From contig JAYZBC010000025.1 of the NCBI GenBank assembly GCA_036339375.1, forward strand, positions 27,271 through 91,270: a stretch of DNA of 64,000 nt, in the 5' to 3' direction. Shown in pieces: positions 57,539-64,000 of the stretch (positions are counted from its first letter, which is position 1; every line of letters starts with the position of its first letter). Both the position numbers and the translations under genes were made by a program. The stretch comes from Pseudomonadota bacterium (GTDB taxonomy: Bacteria; Pseudomonadota; Alphaproteobacteria; MPNO01; UBA2964). Under the pieces are notes generated by a model, which searched no databases, was not told where the DNA came from, and saw only the letters and a list, made by a program, of their open reading frames with translations.

Positions 57539-58765
57539 TCAAATGATGGACTGCCCCTTGAGTTCATTGATTTCTTCTTCTTGTAACTCAAGAACTTCCT
57601 CCAAAACCTCTTCCGTATGTGCACCCAAAATTGGGGGAGAGTGTCGATATGTTACCGGTGTTGCAGAGAAATTTAGGGGACTACCGACTAGTGAAACATT
57701 TTGTCCATCCACAGCATCGTGAGGCATTTGTATTATCATGCCACGTTCCTGCACATGTTTATCATTAAAAACCTGTTCTATTGAATTAATAGGACCACAA
57801 CCAATGGTTAATTTTTGGAGCGCAGTCAGCCATTCTTTTGAGGTTTTTGAAGCCATAACAGGCTGCATAGCCATAATCAGCGTATCTCTATTCTTAACTC
57901 GAGCACTATTGCTTTTATAAAGCTCATCATTTGCGAGTTCTTCACAATTCGCAAACTCACAAAACCGTTGAAATTGTGGATCATTGCCAATTGTCAGCAT
58001 AATATGACTATCCTTAGTCGCAAAAACTTGGTAGGGAACAATATTAGGATGTCCGTTGCCAAGGCGGGGTGGATTTGACCCACTAGTAAGGTAATTCATT
58101 GCCTGTATAGAAAGCCAAGCTGCTTGAGTATCTAACATTCCAATATCGATATATTGACCCTGACCGTCGCACTCTCGTGACCGTAGGGCAGCACAAATTG
58201 CCACAGTTGCATACATGCCTGCCATAATATCGGCTATTGGGACACCGGTTTTCATGGGATCACCTTGGGGCTCACCCGTGACACTCATAATCCCGCCCAT
58301 GGCCTGAATAAGCGGATCGTACCCCGCTCTTTCAGCGTATGGCCCGTTTTGACCAAACCCTGTGATTGAACAATAAATAAGCCTTGGACATTCATTTTTT
58401 AAAGTTTCATAACCTAGGCCATACCGAACAAGGTTACCGACTTTAAAATTTTCTACTAATACGTCTGCCTTTTTTGCTATGCGACGAACTAAATCCTGAC
58501 CCTCTTTTTTGGAAATATCGATAGAAACAGACCTTTTGTTACGATTGGCACCCAAAAAATAAGCACTCTCTAAGGTATCCTCCCCTTCTTTATTTTGTAA
58601 AAAGGGCGGTCCAAATCGCCGAGTGTCATCACCATTGTTCGGACGTTCTATTTTGATAATATTCGCCCCTAAATCCCCTAAAATTTGTGTACAAAAAGGT
58701 CCCGCTAAAATTCGGGTTAGATCAAGAACAGTGATCCCATCAAGAGCTCCACTATTTTTTTTCAT
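57539..58765 (-). CDS. Family III CoA-transferase (CaiB/BaiF), paralog of 6035..7267
   Basis: 408 aa, roughly 55-65% identical by eye to the first CoA-transferase (e.g. LIYCSITGFGQ(N/T)GP...AGYD.LIQAMGG(I/L)MSVTGEP). Confidence 0.8.
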   Translation of the reverse strand: MKKNSGALDGITVLDLTRILAGPFCTQILGDLGANIIKIERPNNGDDTRRFGPPFLQNKEGEDTLESAYFLGANRNKRSVSIDISKKEGQDLVRRIAKKADVLVENFKVGNLVRYGLGYETLKNECPRLIYCSITGFGQNGPYAERAGYDPLIQAMGGIMSVTGEPQGDPMKTGVPIADIMAGMYATVAICAALRSRECDGQGQYIDIGMLDTQAAWLSIQAMNYLTSGSNPPRLGNGHPNIVPYQVFATKDSHIMLTIGNDPQFQRFCEFANCEELANDELYKSNSARVKNRDTLIMAMQPVMASKTSKEWLTALQKLTIGCGPINSIEQVFNDKHVQERGMIIQMPHDAVDGQNVSLVGSPLNFSATPVTYRHSPPILGAHTEEVLEEVLELQEEEINELKGQSII

Positions 58766-58887
58766 GGTTTCATCCTGTAATTATTATTCTACGCACAGTC
58801 ACTATCGAAAAAAATTCTAAAACAAAGTTGACAGGTTCCCCACTGATAATTCAACCTTTTAACAAAAGTTGCATAAACGAAAATACA

Positions 58888-59361
58888 ATGATTGACAGGA
58901 TAGAAAAAAAAATCAATCAAATGGGGTACACTTTGCCGAAGCCATTTGTTTACCCCAGTCCTAATAGGACAGGGTGCCTCAAAACGGGTAATTTGTTGTT
59001 TGTTTCAGGACACCCTCCGCCGATGGATTTCGGAGTGGCCGTGTTCGGCAAAGTTGGGGCAACAATTACTGAAGAAGAAGCCGTAATTTCCGCTCGTGCA
59101 ACCGGTCTAAATATGCTTGCATCAATTAAACAGCAACTCGGTGACCTTCAGAAGATCAACAGGATAGTTAAATTAAATGGTATGGTAAATTCTGCACCCG
59201 GTTTTCAACGTCAGTTTGCCGTCATTGATGGTGCTTCTAATTTATTTTATGAATTACTCGGACCAAGACATGGACAGCATGCAAGGAGCGCTGTTGGAAT
59301 GTTCGAATTGCCCAGAGGATTTTGTATGGAAATTGAAGGTATTTTTGAAATAAAGGTTTAA
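58888..59361 (+). CDS. RidA/YjgF/L-PSP family protein
   Basis: About 157 aa from ATG 58888 (MIDRIEKK...) with the YjgF-like fold pattern. ATGA overlap with the convergent end of the FAH gene. Confidence 0.6.
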   Translation: MIDRIEKKINQMGYTLPKPFVYPSPNRTGCLKTGNLLFVSGHPPPMDFGVAVFGKVGATITEEEAVISARATGLNMLASIKQQLGDLQKINRIVKLNGMVNSAPGFQRQFAVIDGASNLFYELLGPRHGQHARSAVGMFELPRGFCMEIEGIFEIKV

Positions 59362-60206
59362 CCTGGGTAAGATATTATTTTATGTTTTTGTTGGCCGAGA
59401 CCATCAATTCCCATATCAATAACATCATTTGGTTGCAACCATTTTGGTGGTTTAAATCCAACAGCCACTCCGTGCGGAGAACCGGTTGTTAACACGTCAC
59501 CAGGATTAAGCGACATAAACTCACTCACATATGCTACTAATTCGGCCATTCCAAAAACCATGTCAGAGGTATTGCCGTCTTGGCGAATTTCGTCGTTCAC
59601 CTTCGTCCAGATACGCTTTTTTTGTGGATTGCCAAATTCATCTGCTGTCACTAACCAGGGGCCAAGAGGACCGAAAGTGTTAGCACTCTTGCCCTTTGTT
59701 GTGCCGCCCGCTCTTTCTCGCTGAAAGGCCCGCTCGGAAACATCATTCATTATGCAGTATCCCGCTATATAGTTGAGACCCTCAGCAGCACTCACATTAA
59801 TAGCGGTCCGCCCAATTATCGCAGCAAGTTCCACTTCGTAATCTAAATTTGTTGAAGTCTTTGGTTTGATTATTGGATCAAATGGACCAACTACCGAACT
59901 AATCGCTTTTAAAAATAATACAGGCTCTTCAGGCCGAGTGTATCCCATTTCTAAAATATGGTTCATGTAATTCTGTCCAACAGCAACGATTTTTGGAATA
60001 CCCGATATTGGAACACCAAGACGAGGTTCACCTTTTACTTCGGGAAGCGTATGAAAATTTAAATTTTGCAGTTGAGCAAGATTATCAGGAGCAAGTGTAT
60101 CCCCTGTAATATCTGAAATTTTTCCGGATAAATCACGAAGCAAACCGGATCGGTCTATCAACCCAGGTTTTTCTTCCCCTATATTGCCAAATCTTACAAG
60201 TTTCAT
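59358..60206 (-). CDS. Fumarylacetoacetate hydrolase (FAH) family protein (hydratase, decarboxylase or hydrolase)
   Basis: 282 aa single FAH domain with metal-binding acidic residues. Confidence 0.7.
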   Translation of the reverse strand: MKLVRFGNIGEEKPGLIDRSGLLRDLSGKISDITGDTLAPDNLAQLQNLNFHTLPEVKGEPRLGVPISGIPKIVAVGQNYMNHILEMGYTRPEEPVLFLKAISSVVGPFDPIIKPKTSTNLDYEVELAAIIGRTAINVSAAEGLNYIAGYCIMNDVSERAFQRERAGGTTKGKSANTFGPLGPWLVTADEFGNPQKKRIWTKVNDEIRQDGNTSDMVFGMAELVAYVSEFMSLNPGDVLTTGSPHGVAVGFKPPKWLQPNDVIDMGIDGLGQQKHKIISYPG

Positions 60207-60271
60207 TTCTATCCTTTAAATTTTTAGACATGCTTAGTGCCAATACGTCCTTATTGCAGTAGAATTGAATT

Positions 60272-62425
60272 ATGGCAAAGGAAAAAAATGTTGTTCCCAC
60301 TACCTGTTGGGAGTGTAGCACTCATTGTGGCGCCTTAATGTCCGTAAAGGACGGTAGAGTTACAAAAATAGTGCCTAACAACAAACATCCAAGTTCACTA
60401 GGAGCATTTTGTGTCAAAGGTTTCCGTGGTTTACCGGAACTTACCTATCACCCTAAAAGGATATTGTCCCCCATGAAACGAATGGGGGGTCGTGGCGAGG
60501 GAAAATGGGAAAACATTACCTGGGACGAAGCGTTAAATATTTTTTATCAAAAAATGTTTTCCGTTATAGACAAATTCGGCCCAGTTTCAGTCTGTGGTGC
60601 TGTTAGCAACGCCCATTTTAGCCGTGGGGTTTCTTTAGCTCTTTTGATGAGAGCCTTTGGATCGCCAAACTGGATGATAAATCAAGACCTATGCGGTGGT
60701 TGCCGTGCGGTTTCGGATAAATTAACAGGGCTCAATATTTCGAATGGTGAGGATATAGAAAATACCAATTGCGCATTAATCGTTGGACGTAACCCTTCGG
60801 CTGCAGACCCCGTACAATGGCTCTCATTAAAGAGAGCAAAAAGTCGTGGGGCAAAAATAATCACTATAGACCCGGCAAAGACCCCTGCTGCTTTGATGGC
60901 TGATATTTGGCTCCGTCCTAAAATTGGCACGGATGCAGCAATAGGTCTCGCCCTGACTAATTGGCTGATAAAAAACAAACAATATGACAAAGACTTCGTT
61001 AATCATTTCTGCCATGGATTTGATAAACTTGCTGAAAGGGCAGAGAAATTTACACCTGATTTCGCTTCAAAGATAAGTGGCGTCAATGCAAAAGACATCG
61101 TTAAAGCTGCTGAATACTACGCAAACGGACCGTCCTGTTTTGTAAGTGGACATGGGATAGATGCTTTTAGTGCCGGCGTCCAAACATACCGCACTTTTCA
61201 TGCTCTAGTCGCCATAAGTGGTAATTTGGATCGTAAGGGCGGTAATCGTCGGGTAAAAAGACCCCCGGGTTTCACAAATTATATAGAAGTGCTGCACAAA
61301 CAAGAGTTTCGCCTGCCTCATAAAATAGAAAAACAAACCATTGGAGCTGAGAAGTTTCCCTTATGGGCTGGCCCTGAAGGGTGGCAAACCGCCTGCCATA
61401 ATCCCTCAGTTATCAATGCCATCCTTACCGGCAAACCCTACCCCATTCGTGCCCTTTATGTAACCGGTGTCAACATAGTGGTTACCTATCCTAACACAAA
61501 AAAAACGATTGAAGCGCTTAAATCCCTCGACTTTCTTTGTGTAGCGACCCATATGATGACGCCGACTGCAGAATTTGCAGACCTAATTTTGCCAAAAACG
61601 ACTGGCCTAGAAGATGAAGAAATTTCTCTGGAAGCAAGTGGCCCCTGTTTGAGTGTCATTCAACCAGCTCACCCACCACTTGGTGAGGCTCGAAGTGATT
61701 TTATGATAGCTCAGAATTTGGTCCACCTAATGGAAAAGGGAAGAAATCCCCATGCCCGTCGTTATTTTCCTTGGAAAACTAAAAGCGATTTCAATAAATT
61801 CCTTTTAGGAGATGGACCAATAAACATTAAACAACTCAAACGAGATGGTTATGCACAGTACGAATATAAATTAGAAAATTTTCGTGAAGAAGGATTCAAA
61901 ACCAAGACCGGGAAAATAGAGTTATTTTCTGAAAAACTAGCAACACTTGGATTGGATCCCCTTCCTAACTACGTACCCATACCCCCCACCGAGCGAAAAA
62001 CAAAGACTAATTTTCCATATACACTCCTCACGGGAGCGAGGGAGAAAACCTACCATCACTCACGTTTTCGAGATCAAAACTGGGCTAGAAAAGTGTCGCC
62101 TGACCCCTGGTTACAACTTCACCCTGAAACGGCAACTAAAATTGGAGTTAAAACTGACGATTGGGTCAAAGTGGAAACGCCTAAAGGACAGCATTCTTGT
62201 TACCTAAAAGTGAAAGTTACAGACACCACTATGCCTGATTTAGCACGGACTGGTATGGGCTGGTGGTATCCAGAGAGTAAAGGCCCAGAACATGGGGCTC
62301 TAGACATTAATATCAACGTAGCACTCAGCTATGACGGGCCATGGGATCCAGCAACCGGTTCATCAGATATTCGCGGATTACCTTGCCGAATTACTCGGAC
62401 TAACAACATGGTTGTAAATAGATAA
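60272..62425 (+). CDS. Molybdopterin (bis-MGD) oxidoreductase family protein, stand-alone cytoplasmic MopB
   Basis: 717 aa. N-terminal Cys12-x2-Cys15-x3-Cys19...Cys47 4Fe-4S motif, WENITWDEAL MopB signature, and a C-terminal MopB_CT region. No Tat signal and no adjacent Fe-S or heme subunit. Confidence 0.75.
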   Translation: MAKEKNVVPTTCWECSTHCGALMSVKDGRVTKIVPNNKHPSSLGAFCVKGFRGLPELTYHPKRILSPMKRMGGRGEGKWENITWDEALNIFYQKMFSVIDKFGPVSVCGAVSNAHFSRGVSLALLMRAFGSPNWMINQDLCGGCRAVSDKLTGLNISNGEDIENTNCALIVGRNPSAADPVQWLSLKRAKSRGAKIITIDPAKTPAALMADIWLRPKIGTDAAIGLALTNWLIKNKQYDKDFVNHFCHGFDKLAERAEKFTPDFASKISGVNAKDIVKAAEYYANGPSCFVSGHGIDAFSAGVQTYRTFHALVAISGNLDRKGGNRRVKRPPGFTNYIEVLHKQEFRLPHKIEKQTIGAEKFPLWAGPEGWQTACHNPSVINAILTGKPYPIRALYVTGVNIVVTYPNTKKTIEALKSLDFLCVATHMMTPTAEFADLILPKTTGLEDEEISLEASGPCLSVIQPAHPPLGEARSDFMIAQNLVHLMEKGRNPHARRYFPWKTKSDFNKFLLGDGPINIKQLKRDGYAQYEYKLENFREEGFKTKTGKIELFSEKLATLGLDPLPNYVPIPPTERKTKTNFPYTLLTGAREKTYHHSRFRDQNWARKVSPDPWLQLHPETATKIGVKTDDWVKVETPKGQHSCYLKVKVTDTTMPDLARTGMGWWYPESKGPEHGALDININVALSYDGPWDPATGSSDIRGLPCRITRTNNMVVNR

Positions 62426-62508
62426 TGCTTGGAAAGAAGTATTTTCATGCATAAGGACCTGGATTATAACTTTCTTGATTATTCTAATTTTTAATAGAAG
62501 GCAAAAAA

Positions 62509-63309
62509 ATGGCCCAAAGACGTTCAAAAAAAGATCCTGTTTTGACCGCAGCAAGAAGGTTGCGTTCTGCTTTAAATAGCGGGCGTCCCTGCAAACCTAT
62601 TCGAGACTTAGTAAAAAAGGGTGATTTGGATTCCGCTTATTCTATACAGCAGGCAAATACTGATTACTGGATTAAAGAGGGCCGTCGCCCGGTTGGTCGC
62701 AAAATTGGATTGACCGCAAAAACTGTCCAAAAACAGCTCGGAGTGAATCAACCAGATTACGGTATTCTTTTTGCTGACATGGAAATTGTAGATGGGGATG
62801 AAATCTCATCGGCTCTCCTCATGCAGCCAAAGGTAGAAGGAGAAATAGCTTTGGTGCTGGACGATGATCTAGTTGATGAACAAATTACTCTGGTCGACTT
62901 GGTGAACTCAGTGGCTTATTGCCTCCCAGCAATCGAAATTGTTGGAAGCCGTATATCCAATTGGGACATTACAATTGTTGATACAATTGCTGATAACGCT
63001 TCTTCGGGTTTGTACGTCCTAGGTACAAAACCAGTTGGCCTGCATGAGATTGACCTCAGAATGTGCGGTATGGTTATGGAAAATCGGGGGAAGCAAGTTT
63101 CCATTGGGGCAGGCGTGGCATGTTTAGGTAACCCACTTAATGCTGCCCTTTGGTTAGCCCGTAAAATGGTTGCTGTCGGCATGCCGCTTATGGCCGGGGA
63201 TACAATCATTACAGGGGCTTTGGGGCCCATGGCACCTGTAACTCCTGGAGATGTAATCGAAGTCCGCATTTCGGGGTTAGGGTCTGTTCGGTCTGTATTT
63301 GCTAAATAA
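62509..63309 (+). CDS. mhpD: 2-keto-4-pentenoate (2-oxopent-4-enoate) hydratase
   Basis: 266 aa MhpD/BphH/HpaH-family hydratase, immediately followed by the acylating acetaldehyde dehydrogenase gene. Confidence 0.7.
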   Translation: MAQRRSKKDPVLTAARRLRSALNSGRPCKPIRDLVKKGDLDSAYSIQQANTDYWIKEGRRPVGRKIGLTAKTVQKQLGVNQPDYGILFADMEIVDGDEISSALLMQPKVEGEIALVLDDDLVDEQITLVDLVNSVAYCLPAIEIVGSRISNWDITIVDTIADNASSGLYVLGTKPVGLHEIDLRMCGMVMENRGKQVSIGAGVACLGNPLNAALWLARKMVAVGMPLMAGDTIITGALGPMAPVTPGDVIEVRISGLGSVRSVFAK

Positions 63310-63321
63310 AGGAGTGCCATA

Positions 63322-64000
63322 GTGAAAACAAAAGTGGCTATCATTGGTTCAGGAAATATTGGTACCGATTTGATGGTGAAAATTTTGAATGGTTCCAAGG
63401 ACTTGGAAATGAGTTGTTTGGTGGGGATAGATCCAGAATCCGACGGTTTAAATAAAGCTAGAAAAATGGGTGTAGCAACGACCGATAGAGGTATAAATGG
63501 ATTGGTAGAAATGGACGAATTTCAAAAAATTGAAATTCTATTCGATGCTACCTCCGCTAAAGCCCATGCTCAACATGATCAGGTTGCACGAATACATGGA
63601 AAGCAAATTATTGATATGACCCCGGCTGCCATTGGCCCGTATGTTGTACCAGTCGTAAATATTGACCAACACCTAAACTCGCCAAATATCAATATGGTAT
63701 CTTGTGGAGGACAGGCTACCATACCCATGGTAAACGCAGTCCAAAAGGTTTCAAAGGTTCATTATGCAGAGATTGTTGCTTCAATAGCCAGTCAATCAGC
63801 GGGACCAGGAACAAGGGCAAATATCGACGAATTCACCAAAACTACCGCAACCGGCCTTGAAGTTGTTGGGGGTGCAAAAAGGGGGAAGGCAATCATTGTA
63901 TTAAACCCTGCAGAACCTCCTATGATGATGCGTAATACAGTTTACACGCTAAGCGAAAACACAGACACTGAGGTAATTATTGAATCTGTTAAAAAACAGG
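63322..64000 (+). CDS. mhpF: Acetaldehyde dehydrogenase (acetylating), N-terminal part, truncated by the window end
   Basis: GTG start with an [30 protein letters not shown]... NAD-binding N-terminus and the catalytic Cys region (MVSCGGQAT), typical of MhpF/DmpF/BphJ. Confidence 0.8.
   Translation, partial: MKTKVAIIGSGNIGTDLMVKILNGSKDLEMSCLVGIDPESDGLNKARKMGVATTDRGINGLVEMDEFQKIEILFDATSAKAHAQHDQVARIHGKQIIDMTPAAIGPYVVPVVNIDQHLNSPNINMVSCGGQATIPMVNAVQKVSKVHYAEIVASIASQSAGPGTRANIDEFTKTTATGLEVVGGAKRGKAIIVLNPAEPPMMMRNTVYTLSENTDTEVIIESVKKQ

Noticed and set aside
62916-63398. 160-aa minus-strand ORF overlapping mhpD/mhpF
   Set aside because: It is antisense to two well-supported meta-pathway genes.
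1-64000. Scanned for CRISPR arrays, IS/transposase, integrase, toxin-antitoxin or phage genes
   Set aside because: There are no regularly spaced repeats and no ORFs with transposase or integrase signatures. All large ORFs are accounted for by metabolic or housekeeping functions.

Overview
This 64-kb window is AT-rich (roughly 40% GC by eye) and looks like an alphaproteobacterial chromosome. The conserved block bpt / parC-recO / era-rnc-lepB-acpS-pdxJ / spoT-rpoZ / folK / smpB / dapA supports that assignment.

- **Left ~31 kb (5.4-31.5 kb):** a dense accessory catabolic region. It holds four UbiD-family (prFMN-type) decarboxylase paralogs, three of them in tandem, in an operon with an acyl-CoA ligase and an IPNS-like 2OG/Fe(II) oxygenase. 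Upstream is an operon of amidohydrolase-2, Rieske ferredoxin, a 99-aa overlapping ORF, glutaryl-CoA-dehydrogenase-like ACAD, family III CoA-transferase and MarR. Downstream are a cupin, an OCD/mu-crystallin protein, a cytoplasmic NMT1/THI5-fold protein resembling 4,5-dihydroxyphthalate decarboxylase, a DapA-family aldolase, two LLM flavin monooxygenases, a gentisate-dioxygenase-like bicupin, an alpha/beta hydrolase, an AKR and an MFS transporter. korA-korB-fprA sits at the far left.
- **Middle (31.5-54 kb):** housekeeping genes (metY, hemB, TRAP transporter, parC, recO, phoD, era, rnc, lepB, acpS, pdxJ, spoT, rpoZ, folK, udg, smpB, dapA), with an extra amidohydrolase-2 gene inserted between pdxJ and spoT.
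- **Right (54-64 kb):** a second catabolic cluster around a tRNA-Gly(CCC). It contains a PLP threonine-dehydratase-like enzyme, a second acyl-CoA ligase co-transcribed with an archaeal-type (DUF120) riboflavin-kinase homolog, a paralogous CoA-transferase, RidA, an FAH-family hydratase, a stand-alone cytoplasmic molybdopterin (MopB) enzyme, and the start of a meta-cleavage lower pathway (mhpD, mhpF).

No IS elements, integrases, CRISPR arrays or rRNA were seen. The candidate new system is the multi-UbiD (de)carboxylase / CoA-ligase / oxygenase locus, which has no ubiX in the window. Coordinates of hand-located motifs may be off by 1-2 nt.
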